Virus record (IMG/VR): IMGVR_UViG_3300037424_000434
Coordinates: 32,001-96,000 of that record
Source of the DNA: a virus
Lineage: Duplodnaviria > Caudoviricetes
DNA length: 64,000 nucleotides
Direction: 5' to 3' (one strand)
Shown here: positions 1 through 8,482 of the stretch, in pieces
Numbering within the stretch: position 1 is the first letter of the stretch
How the letters are laid out: the number at the start of each line of letters is the position of its first letter
Translations under genes and position numbers: made by a program
The notes under the pieces: generated by a model
The model's input: the letters and a program-made list of their open reading frames with translations, nothing else
The model's database searches: none
What the model was told of the DNA's origin: nothing

Positions 1-267
1 CTGTACACAGGATCGGGTATGGCAAAAAATCCTTCATTCTTTAGCCTAGTTGAAGAATGTTTTTGTGACTTTGATAATGTCAATTATGTAATCGAGAGAA
101 CAAAAGCATATAACCCGAAGGGGAGAATTCAAACGGAACCAGAAGCCCAAACATTGGATACTGTAATTGAAACCTATCTCAAAGAAAACAACCATGCATA
201 TGAAAAAGTGATTGGGGACAGGATGGCTATCAGAGGAATCACAAACAAAGTGTTGGAGCTGCTATGA
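1..267 (+). CDS. Partial (5' end outside window) AAA/NadR-kinase-like protein C-terminus
   Basis: Frame open from base 1; KAYNPKGRIQTEPEAQTLD resembles C-termini of phage AAA_28-type proteins. Confidence 0.4.
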   Translation: MYTGSGMAKNPSFFSLVEECFCDFDNVNYVIERTKAYNPKGRIQTEPEAQTLDTVIETYLKENNHAYEKVIGDRMAIRGITNKVLELL

Positions 268-464
268 AAGACGTTATGAAATACAAAGGATTCATTGGTA
301 GTGCTGAACTTGACCCGAATGGATCTGTTCACGGAAAAATTCTGTTCATCTCTGATCTTGTTACATACGAAGCGCATTCCGCAAAAGAAATCACGGTAGA
401 GTTTGAGGCGGCAGTTGAAGACTATCTAGAGACTTGTAAGTCCCTAGACAGAGACCCCGTATGA
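264..464 (+). CDS. hicB: HicB-like antitoxin, N-terminal domain only
   Basis: MKYKGFIGSAE...HGKILFISDLVTYEA...EFEAAVEDYLETC matches the HicB core; no C-terminal DNA-binding domain. Confidence 0.7.
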   Translation: MKDVMKYKGFIGSAELDPNGSVHGKILFISDLVTYEAHSAKEITVEFEAAVEDYLETCKSLDRDPV

Positions 465-871
465 AGCCATGCAAGGACTATATTGATAGCATAGTGACAA
501 CCGAATATCTAAAAGAAAACCCTACTCATATATTCGTGTATGGGGATAATATGCTAGGATGGGGCAAAAAAGGAGCAGCAATACATAGAGATGAACCCAA
601 TACTTTTGGGTTTGTCACAAAAAAACGTCCATCTTATTCGTTAGATGCATATTTCAAGCCAATGGAATATAAAGACGTTTTTGACAAAGAATTATCAAGA
701 CTCATGAGAAGAATAGAGGCAAATCCTGAACAAACATTTCTTATATCACGGCTAGGGTCGGGATTGGCTGATAGATATTTGATATGGGAGAAAGTTATCC
801 ATGACGGACTCAAAATATTACAAAAATACGATAATGTCCGGTTTTTGTTTGATTTTGACAACGAGATATAA
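461..871 (+). CDS. Phage protein of the FV[YF]GDN...G.GAA...EPN.FG..TK family, possibly macrodomain-like
   Basis: HIFVYGDNMLGWGKKGAAIHRDEPNTFGFVTKK and ISRLGSGLA glycine loops. Confidence 0.45.
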   Translation: MKPCKDYIDSIVTTEYLKENPTHIFVYGDNMLGWGKKGAAIHRDEPNTFGFVTKKRPSYSLDAYFKPMEYKDVFDKELSRLMRRIEANPEQTFLISRLGSGLADRYLIWEKVIHDGLKILQKYDNVRFLFDFDNEI

Positions 872-885
872 ACAGAAAACAAAAA

Positions 886-893
886 TATAAATA
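886..893 (+). promoter_or_regulatory. T4-type late promoter
   Basis: Exact TATAAATA followed by AGGAGG RBS and ORF 918. Confidence 0.7.
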
Positions 894-917
894 AAGATAA
901 CCAAGGAGGTTATCTTT

Positions 918-1547
918 ATGAAATTGAAAATATATGTGTGGATGTTGGTGTTGTTTGTTGTTTTAAGTGGAAATGTTTTTGCTACAGATTTTGATAATAT
1001 TGACCGTGTAATGTTTGCTGTGGCCTCTTTTTCGTTGTTGGCCGATGCGTCACAGACCATGCAGATCCAGTATCACGAGAACCATTTTGAACGGAATCGG
1101 ATGTTAGGCAAACACCCAACAAACGAGAGGGTCACCCTGTATTTTGGGTTGGTTATCCCCGCGACATTTGTCATAAGTCGATATATTTTGGATGGACCAT
1201 GGCGAAAAGTCTATCTGGGTGCAGTCACATTATACGAATTAAATACAGTAAGAAACAATAGTTTAAATGGATTAACTAATGGATTTTCATTGGATACTCA
1301 TAGCTATTTTCATTTCGGTATCAACGTTATTAGTGGGGTGGCAGTACAGAGCATTTTTCCTGAATGGAATGCCCCAACTAAAGTCATTGTGGCCACATTG
1401 CCCATGATGTATAAAGAATTTTTCATGGACGGTTACATCGATGCTGGGGATATATTTTTTAATCTTCTTGGGGCATATGTGGGAGTGGCCACTACTGGTC
1501 ATTTAACCGTCACTAAAAATATGGTTTATTATACGAAAAGGTTTTGA
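918..1547 (+). CDS. Secreted/membrane protein, late
   Basis: Signal-peptide-like N-terminus (LFVVLSGNVFA), hydrophobic segments, strong RBS. Confidence 0.7.
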   Translation: MKLKIYVWMLVLFVVLSGNVFATDFDNIDRVMFAVASFSLLADASQTMQIQYHENHFERNRMLGKHPTNERVTLYFGLVIPATFVISRYILDGPWRKVYLGAVTLYELNTVRNNSLNGLTNGFSLDTHSYFHFGINVISGVAVQSIFPEWNAPTKVIVATLPMMYKEFFMDGYIDAGDIFFNLLGAYVGVATTGHLTVTKNMVYYTKRF

Positions 1548-1637
1548 TGTTCATTGCCATTTTTGTGATTGACCTTTCATACACTATATGCTATAAAAGT
1601 GTATCTCAAAACACCCACAGCATAGAAAGGTAGCATA

Positions 1638-1778
1638 ATGCATTGGTTTATCTTGCTGATTCCCATATTAAGTGCTTGGTTCGCAAAGTTTGTATTAAAA
1701 TCAACAATTACGTGGAAAGAAATGGCCGTTCAGTATGATTTCATTTTTTCTAACCGATTTTGTTCGTTTCGTGTTTGA
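1638..1778 (+). pseudogene. 5' stub of a membrane-protein gene
   Basis: RBS and MHWFILLIPILSAWFAKFVLKSTITWKEM, then rapid loss of frame. Confidence 0.35.
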
Positions 1779-1939
1779 GTTGTTCTGGTGCGGCATCAAA
1801 TCATTACTTGACAAGATCCGCAAACGGGTTCTGGGTGTTGCCGCCCGTGATTTGGATTAACTTTTGTTGTTGACATAAACCACACAAGATGCAATACTAA
1901 ACAAAGCTGATCAATCAATTTGGTCCGACTGGAAAAGAG

Positions 1940-2176
1940 GTGAGTGAGATGTTGCATATTAAAATGGTGTCGCCGGAGATTCTTGAAGTAGAAGAGATAA
2001 TTCACGGTTGGAAGAAAACTTACCGAAAGTTCTATTACACCAATATTAAAACATGGCAAGACTTGACCAACCCCCGTGCCACAAAACAAACCGAAAATTT
2101 TAAAGTGGCAGGAAAATTGGCCGATGGCAGTATAGATTGGATTAAAAAATACCATTTACCAAAAATTACTCAGTGA
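1940..2176 (+). CDS. Hypothetical protein
   Basis: GTG after AAGAGG; TTGACA promoter upstream. Confidence 0.55.
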   Translation: MSEMLHIKMVSPEILEVEEIIHGWKKTYRKFYYTNIKTWQDLTNPRATKQTENFKVAGKLADGSIDWIKKYHLPKITQ

Positions 2177-2207
2177 CTTATACGCGTATCTCATAACAGG
2201 GAGAATT

Positions 2208-2609
2208 ATGTTAAAGAAGGCATTCAATATAGCAAATACATATCACTCAGATCAGGTGGATAAAGCTGGTCGGCCATACATCCTCCACCCCATTGCTGTT
2301 TATCTCAAAGCAATGACAGAAGACGAAAAAATTGTGGCGATACTCCATGATGTTGTCGAAGACACGATTTACACGGAAGAAATGCTTAGATCGGATTTCC
2401 CCGAGCATGTTGCCAATGCTGTAATGGCGGTGACGAAAAGAGAGGGAGAAAGTTACACTGAATTCATCTTGAGGGCCAAAGAAAACCCTATCGCAAGGGC
2501 TGTAAAGGGGTACGATATGGAGCACAACATGAGCTCTAGGGGTGTAGCCATTCCAGATAGTTTAATGGACCGATACGTCAAACACTATAAAATTCTGAAA
2601 GAGGATTGA
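2208..2609 (+). CDS. HD-domain protein, small alarmone hydrolase (SpoT/Mesh1)-like
   Basis: HSDQVDKAGRPYILHP and AILHDVVEDT motifs. Confidence 0.8.
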   Translation: MLKKAFNIANTYHSDQVDKAGRPYILHPIAVYLKAMTEDEKIVAILHDVVEDTIYTEEMLRSDFPEHVANAVMAVTKREGESYTEFILRAKENPIARAVKGYDMEHNMSSRGVAIPDSLMDRYVKHYKILKED

Positions 2610-2794
2610 TCATGAAACTCAAATGTGTTGTATGTGGTGAAGTCGTGGAAAAGCGTCATGGAGCCCAATTCCGTAATCCCTCAAAGATTAATTCTGGGGG
2701 TGGACAAATTATGTTCCCGGTTGCCCATATTAATCCCCAAACAAATGATCCATGCCACGGATTTTACATGGAAGCTTTTGAAGAAGTTGAATAA
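2606..2794 (+). CDS. Small Cys/His-containing hypothetical protein
   Basis: CVVC...HxxxxxxxPCH; coupled to the upstream gene. Confidence 0.5.
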   Translation: MIMKLKCVVCGEVVEKRHGAQFRNPSKINSGGGQIMFPVAHINPQTNDPCHGFYMEAFEEVE

Positions 2795-2878
2795 CTGTAT
2801 TTGTGTCACGGCCCCACGCGGGGTATGAGTAGTTAAAAATATATTAATATATCATAATATTTTCCGAAAGGTTATACC

Positions 2879-4105
2879 ATGACCCCAGTATTGATCGAAA
2901 GCATGTTGGACACTGATCTATACAAGCTTACTATGTGGCAAGCAATGTTCCACAAGTACACCTCAGCAAACACCAAATGGCGATTTAAAGCGCGTAAAGG
3001 AAATGGTTTCCCAAAAAACGGAACATCCGATACTGATTTCCTGTTGGCTCTAAACCAAAGCCTTGATCATCTATGCACTCTGGGGTTTCTCCCAGAAGAT
3101 CTCACATACCTACGTAACCTACGAACAAAAAATGGTACATTGTTGTTTAAGGATGATTTTCTGGAATATCTGCGATTGTTCAAATATAACAGGGAGTATA
3201 TACACGTCTCCGTTGCGGTGGATGGATCATTGGATATTGTCTTGGATGGTCCATGGATGGCTGTTACTGGGCTTGAGGTGCCTGTGCTTGCTATAGTATC
3301 CGAATTGCATAGCATGACCAAGTTTCAGGGTTCAACCCTTCCAGAAGGTAAATCAAGGCTGAAGGAGAAGATTTCTTTTCTGAAAACGAAAGACTCTATG
3401 GGTAAGTTGGCTGGATTTGCTTTTGCTGACTTTGGTACTCGTCGGAGATATAGCTTTAAGTGGCAAAACTATGTATTAGCCGAACTTGTTAAGGAGTTAT
3501 CTCTTGGTGTTCTGGTTGGCACCTCTAATGTATATTATGCCCGGAAGTATAATCTAACTCCAATTGGTACTATGGCTCATGAATTCATACAATGCTTTCA
3601 ACAGCTTGGTGGTCGGTTGGTCGATAGCCAGAAAGCCGCACTTGAGGCATGGGTGCAAGAATATAGAGGCGAATTAGGCATTGCTTTAACTGACACTGTT
3701 GGATTTGATGCTTTTCTGCGAGACTTTGACCTGTACTTTGCCAAACTCTTTGATGGGTGCCGTCATGACAGTGGTGACCCCCAAATATGGTGTGAAAAAC
3801 TTATTGCTCACTATCGAAAGATGGGTATTGACCCAAAAACCAAGACAGCGGTTTTTTCTGATGGGCTTGATTTCGAATTGGCTTATAACTTGTACTACAT
3901 GTTTCGTGACTTTATCAAGGTGAGTTTTGGTATTGGTACCAACCTCATGAATGATATGGGATGTGATGCAATCAGCATTGTGTTAAAGGTGGTCATGCTC
4001 AATGGTGCTCCGGTTGCAAAAGTATCAGATAGCAGGGGCAAGGGAATGTGTGAAGACCCCGAATATGAGTCTTACGTAAACAAAGTGTTTGGGATTGGAG
4101 GTTAG
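2879..4105 (+). CDS. pncB: Nicotinate phosphoribosyltransferase
   Basis: LDTDLYKLTM, DFGTRRRYS, GTSNV, GTMAHE, RHDSGDP, FSDGL, FGIGTNL, KVSD..GK motifs. Confidence 0.95.
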   Translation: MTPVLIESMLDTDLYKLTMWQAMFHKYTSANTKWRFKARKGNGFPKNGTSDTDFLLALNQSLDHLCTLGFLPEDLTYLRNLRTKNGTLLFKDDFLEYLRLFKYNREYIHVSVAVDGSLDIVLDGPWMAVTGLEVPVLAIVSELHSMTKFQGSTLPEGKSRLKEKISFLKTKDSMGKLAGFAFADFGTRRRYSFKWQNYVLAELVKELSLGVLVGTSNVYYARKYNLTPIGTMAHEFIQCFQQLGGRLVDSQKAALEAWVQEYRGELGIALTDTVGFDAFLRDFDLYFAKLFDGCRHDSGDPQIWCEKLIAHYRKMGIDPKTKTAVFSDGLDFELAYNLYYMFRDFIKVSFGIGTNLMNDMGCDAISIVLKVVMLNGAPVAKVSDSRGKGMCEDPEYESYVNKVFGIGG

Positions 4106-4107
4106 TC

Positions 4108-4305
4108 ATGAAAGCATTTGATGAGATGACCGAAAGTGACCTTGAGGCAATCGCGCGTCTTGCCATTAGTACCTCAACTGTGGTACAGTGGGTCTGTGAA
4201 GCATGTTTGCCTGACATTCACAAGGCATTCAATGCAGGACAACCAGAGCATCACAAATGTGAGGTCTGTTTTAAACCCCGAAAATGTTATGAGGTGTTAT
4301 GTTGA
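4108..4305 (+). CDS. Small Zn-ribbon-like hypothetical protein
   Basis: CEAC...CEVC; follows GGAGG RBS. Confidence 0.55.
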   Translation: MKAFDEMTESDLEAIARLAISTSTVVQWVCEACLPDIHKAFNAGQPEHHKCEVCFKPRKCYEVLC

Positions 4306-4529
4306 GTGAATATACTGGTGGTGTTATTGATTCGTTTACTAAAGTGGTTGTGTGCAAGGATTATTTGGATGGTACTAGTCAGGTATTATTCAGAGGTCTA
4401 GCACAAGATGTACATCAATTCATAGAAGAAAATATGAGTGTTTATTGTGATGACATAATGAATGGTCAGCTTTTTGTAATGACTCTTGAGAATTTCACAA
4501 AAGACGCTACTAACGTAACATATAATTAG
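4299..4529 (+). CDS. Hypothetical protein
   Basis: Operon position, GAGGTG RBS. Confidence 0.55.
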   Translation: MLSEYTGGVIDSFTKVVVCKDYLDGTSQVLFRGLAQDVHQFIEENMSVYCDDIMNGQLFVMTLENFTKDATNVTYN

Positions 4530-4543
4530 GAGATCCCAAACAA

Positions 4544-4990
4544 ATGAACATTCCAATGTATCCAAGAAATCCATACTTGACAGTTGATGCTGTTGTACTA
4601 AGATATGCACCCGATGAGTTTGGATGGTTTGCGCCCGAAATTCTATTGGTGAAACGCAAACGCGAACCCATAGGATGGGCTTTGCCCGGTGGGTTTGTTG
4701 ATTACGGGGAATCAACCAAATCAGCGATTATCAGGGAACTTAAAGAGGAAACCGGTTTAACAGTGAAAAACACTCCCGAGCTACTTTGTGTTAGATCAGA
4801 TCCTGACCGTGACCCCAGACAACACACTGTATCAGTGGTGTATCTATTTAACTACTACGAGGGAGAACTGAAAACGAACGACCCCGACGAGGTTGACGAT
4901 ATTAAGTTTTTTCCCTTATCAGAGTTGCCTGATATGGTGTTTGACCACAAAGAAATTCTGAACCTCCATTTGGACTGGATTGGTAGATGA
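4544..4990 (+). CDS. Nudix hydrolase, ADP-ribose pyrophosphatase-like
   Basis: Nudix box [24 protein letters not shown]; RDPR motif typical of ADPR-ases and NrtR-like Nudix domains. Confidence 0.9.
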   Translation: MNIPMYPRNPYLTVDAVVLRYAPDEFGWFAPEILLVKRKREPIGWALPGGFVDYGESTKSAIIRELKEETGLTVKNTPELLCVRSDPDRDPRQHTVSVVYLFNYYEGELKTNDPDEVDDIKFFPLSELPDMVFDHKEILNLHLDWIGR

Positions 4991-5562
4991 AAATTTTAAT
5001 TTATGGCGGAGCATTTGATCCCGTACATATGGGGCACCTTTCAGTGGCGGATAATGCCCAAACAATGTTTGGATATGACAGGGTGTTGTTTGTCCCCTGT
5101 TATTCATCGATGTATGGGAAAAAAATGGCATCTTTTACGAGCAGATGGGAAATGTTAACCCGCGCTATCAATGATTATAAAAACCCAACATTTCTTGTCT
5201 CTGCCGCCGAAAGGGAACACCCAATAGAAGGAAAAACCTATACTCTCCTTGAATACTTAAAAGTGAAATTTCGGGACATAAACGCCCAAATGGACATATT
5301 GATTGGGTCTGATACCTTAAAACACATCCAGAACTGGTATGAGTTTGAGAAGATAAACGATGAATATGTGTTTATTGTGATGGAGAGATACGGATATCCC
5401 ATCGAAAGTAAGGTGTTAAAGAGAGCGTTCTATGCTTCCTTTCATAACGATTTCGAGATATCATCGACCACAACAAGACATCAACTAAAAACCGTTGGAA
5501 CCAGTTCATTGGTGCCACAAACCGTTGAAAAATATATCAAGGAAAACAACTTATATATCTAA
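4987..5562 (+). CDS. nadD: Nicotinate-nucleotide adenylyltransferase
   Basis: [11 protein letters not shown] (HxGH), [20 protein letters not shown]. Confidence 0.92.
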   Translation: MKILIYGGAFDPVHMGHLSVADNAQTMFGYDRVLFVPCYSSMYGKKMASFTSRWEMLTRAINDYKNPTFLVSAAEREHPIEGKTYTLLEYLKVKFRDINAQMDILIGSDTLKHIQNWYEFEKINDEYVFIVMERYGYPIESKVLKRAFYASFHNDFEISSTTTRHQLKTVGTSSLVPQTVEKYIKENNLYI

Positions 5563-5638
5563 TGCACTGAATACAGATGTTATATTTGAAAAAACGGTAC
5601 TTTATATAAAGAAGTACCCAATATACGGAGGTACAAAA

Positions 5639-6487
5639 ATGCACAAAATTTCTACGGAATATGAGAAAATGTTTAACAATATCACCCAAACCTTTGCTGA
5701 ATACCTAACCAAGCATGATATCAGGACAGTGGTTCTTGGTGTTAGTGGTGGGGTAGATTCGGCGTTAATTGCTGCACTGGCGTTAAACACCAAACCATTG
5801 CTAAGTTTTCCCCTTAACATCATTGGTCGATCTATTACCATTGATAGCAATAAACCAGACGAGATTGCCCGTGCAAAGGCAATTGGTGAGTTGTTCTGTG
5901 ATGACTTCAAAGAACTTGACTTAACCTATGCTTATGGTAACCTGAAGTATTTGATTGAAGCACCAACATTTGTTTCGGTTAATGATAAATTAAATCAAAA
6001 TTTAACGGCAAAAGAGCTTGCTATTGCTAATGGGAACATAAAAGCACGGATTCGAATGATTCAATTATATCACCTTGCTGGTATAAATAAGGGCATGGTC
6101 TTAAGCACCGACAACCTCACAGAGCTTTACATGGGCTTCTGGACCTTGCACGGTGATGTGGGTGATTATGGTATGATCCAAAATCTCTGGAAGACCGAGG
6201 TTTATGGTCTTACTAAACATATAGCCGCAATTTATGACAAAACAGGTGCTAGGGAATGGGGTAGTGCCCTGAGAGCATGTGTAAGAGCCGTGCCAACAGA
6301 TGGTCTTGGTATTACTAATTCGGACCTTGACCAACTGGGAGCGAGGACATATGAAGATGTTGATAGTATCATAATCGACTATTTAAACACAAAACGCGGG
6401 AAACATCCGGTTATTGATCGATATGAAGCAACTCACTATAAGAGGACAAATCCAGTGCATATCCCTCGAAAGGAGATTTTATCATGA
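5639..6487 (+). CDS. nadE: NH3-dependent NAD+ synthetase
   Basis: VLGVSGGVDSAL, GNIKARIRM, STDNLTE..GFWTLHGD, LWKTEV; ATG at 5639 after GGAGG; no glutaminase domain. Confidence 0.93.
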   Translation: MHKISTEYEKMFNNITQTFAEYLTKHDIRTVVLGVSGGVDSALIAALALNTKPLLSFPLNIIGRSITIDSNKPDEIARAKAIGELFCDDFKELDLTYAYGNLKYLIEAPTFVSVNDKLNQNLTAKELAIANGNIKARIRMIQLYHLAGINKGMVLSTDNLTELYMGFWTLHGDVGDYGMIQNLWKTEVYGLTKHIAAIYDKTGAREWGSALRACVRAVPTDGLGITNSDLDQLGARTYEDVDSIIIDYLNTKRGKHPVIDRYEATHYKRTNPVHIPRKEILS

Positions 6488-7005
6488 AAAAAGTATTAAT
6501 TGTTGTTGATATGCTTAACGATTTTATTGACAAAGATGGGGTGCTTTCGTTGGGTCAATCAGGTTTTGATATTGTACCGGTTATCGCTAGGAAAGTTTAT
6601 CTGGCAAGACGACAAGGAGACATGGTTCTGTACCTCAATGACGCTCATGATATTAACGACAAGGAGTTCAATAGATTTCCCTCCCATGCGGTTGTGGGTA
6701 CATGGGGGGCAGAGGTTATCCCGGAACTAACGCCGGTGGCGGGAGATATCATTATACCCAAAAAACGGTATAGCGGATTCTTTGGAACATGTCTACAGGA
6801 AACACTATCAACAGAAAACCCCGATATCATTGAGGTGTGTGGATGTTGCACAAGCATTTGTGTGGCAGGTACTATCGAAGAACTCGCAAACAGGGATTAT
6901 ACAGTGGTTGTTGACAGAAAAGCAGTTGCTGACTTTGATCAAGATGCGCACGAATTCTTTTTAGAATACCAATTTCCTCGTATCTTTGGAATTAATGTTC
7001 TATAA
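6484..7005 (+). CDS. pncA: Nicotinamidase (isochorismatase family)
   Basis: VVDMLNDF, DAH, HAVVGTWGAE, KKRYSGFFGT, GCCTSICV catalytic Cys; operon context. Confidence 0.88.
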   Translation: MKKVLIVVDMLNDFIDKDGVLSLGQSGFDIVPVIARKVYLARRQGDMVLYLNDAHDINDKEFNRFPSHAVVGTWGAEVIPELTPVAGDIIIPKKRYSGFFGTCLQETLSTENPDIIEVCGCCTSICVAGTIEELANRDYTVVVDRKAVADFDQDAHEFFLEYQFPRIFGINVL

Positions 7006-7135
7006 GATTGTCGATGAAATCGAAGATTAATACATTATAATCACACTTTCTCTTTGATTAGGGGAGGTGTACTTATATATACAGAAAGGAACAGTAAACA
7101 AAAAAATACGGCCACTAGTGGTTGTCGGAGATTAA

Positions 7136-8368
7136 ATGACTGATCTAGAACAGAATATAATGAATGATGTTATGGAAAATCCTGATATAGGTAGACGTAA
7201 CTTATCAAGAAAATATGGGGTTTCTGAGAAAAAAATCAGACCCATCCTCAAGAGATGTAAATTGATATTACAAGAACAACGAGAGGAAATTGACGACCCG
7301 GACGAACGGTTAGTGGTATATCTCGCTAAACTAGAAAAACAAAAACAACGACTGATGGACCAACAACGGATTGAACGCAAGATCCGCAACCAAATAAGAG
7401 TTGACAATTCCTTGGCAGACTATGGTGCCGAGATATTAAAGATATTTAAGGAAAGAGAGGTAAACTATACTCTCCCGGTACATCAAGCCAACGACGATGT
7501 AGTTGGTATTTTCCAGATATCAGACACACATTTTAATGAACTAATAAACATTACAGGCAATCAATATGACTTTAAAATCGCAGCAAGGCGGTTACAGAAG
7601 TATGTGAATGTGGCAAAAAAACAATTCAAAACCCATAATATTCAAAAGGTTGTTGTTGCAATGACCGGGGATCTATTAAACTCTGATAGACGATTAGACG
7701 AATTGCTCAACATGGCGACCAACCGGGCAAAAGCAACATCATTGTCGGCGATATTACTGGAACAAGTAATAGTGGATTTGGCCCAAGACTTTGAGGTTAC
7801 GTTGACCTATGTTACCGGGAACGAGTCTCGTGCTGGAGAGTATATGGGTACAACAGAAATTATGATTTCTGACAACTATGATGTAACCATTTTTGAAATG
7901 TTAAAACTGATGTTCAGGGACACGAATGTAAATTTTATCGAAGGATCTGTTGGAGAAAAGGTTGTTCAAATAAAAAACAAAAATGTGTTATTGATCCATG
8001 GACATCAAATGAAAGGAAGTATATCAAAACAATCACAACAAATAAAAGGAAAATACTCCGATCTAAACATTAAAATCGATTATATATTGTTTGGCCATAT
8101 TCACGAATGTTTGATCGCTGATTTTTATGCTCGAAGTTCATCCCTGTGTGGTGCCAATGCATACTCCAACAATCTACTTCAACTGACATCAAGAGCCTCA
8201 CAAAATATCCACTTCGTATCAAACACATCTATTAACTCAATGAAAATCGATCTTCAGGAATATGAGGAGTATGAGGGATACGATATTGACGCTTCGTTGG
8301 AGGCATATAACGCCAAAAGCAGTGAAAAGGGTAAAGATAACACTTTCATTGTTGTTAACATTTTATGA
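7136..8368 (+). CDS. Calcineurin-like metallophosphoesterase with N-terminal HTH/coiled coil
   Basis: SDTH, GDLL, GNE, HGH, GHIH motifs. Confidence 0.8.
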   Translation: MTDLEQNIMNDVMENPDIGRRNLSRKYGVSEKKIRPILKRCKLILQEQREEIDDPDERLVVYLAKLEKQKQRLMDQQRIERKIRNQIRVDNSLADYGAEILKIFKEREVNYTLPVHQANDDVVGIFQISDTHFNELINITGNQYDFKIAARRLQKYVNVAKKQFKTHNIQKVVVAMTGDLLNSDRRLDELLNMATNRAKATSLSAILLEQVIVDLAQDFEVTLTYVTGNESRAGEYMGTTEIMISDNYDVTIFEMLKLMFRDTNVNFIEGSVGEKVVQIKNKNVLLIHGHQMKGSISKQSQQIKGKYSDLNIKIDYILFGHIHECLIADFYARSSSLCGANAYSNNLLQLTSRASQNIHFVSNTSINSMKIDLQEYEEYEGYDIDASLEAYNAKSSEKGKDNTFIVVNIL

Positions 8369-8482
8369 AAAATATACTGAAGAGATATTTGACTTGACAA
8401 ACTCTGATGATAATGTAATACTCACTAAGGATGAAAAATAAATAAAATTCTCCCAAAACAGAATGGACATTATAAAGGATTA

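Noticed and set aside
2839-2852. Perfect palindrome ATATATTAATATAT upstream of pncB as an NAD-regulator operator
   Set aside because: A/T-only in an AT-rich genome and not like NrtR/NadR/NiaR boxes I know; likely chance.
5495-5638. N-terminal extension of NadE in the ORF track
   Set aside because: Overlaps nadD and lacks an RBS; a strong GGAGG precedes ATG 5639.
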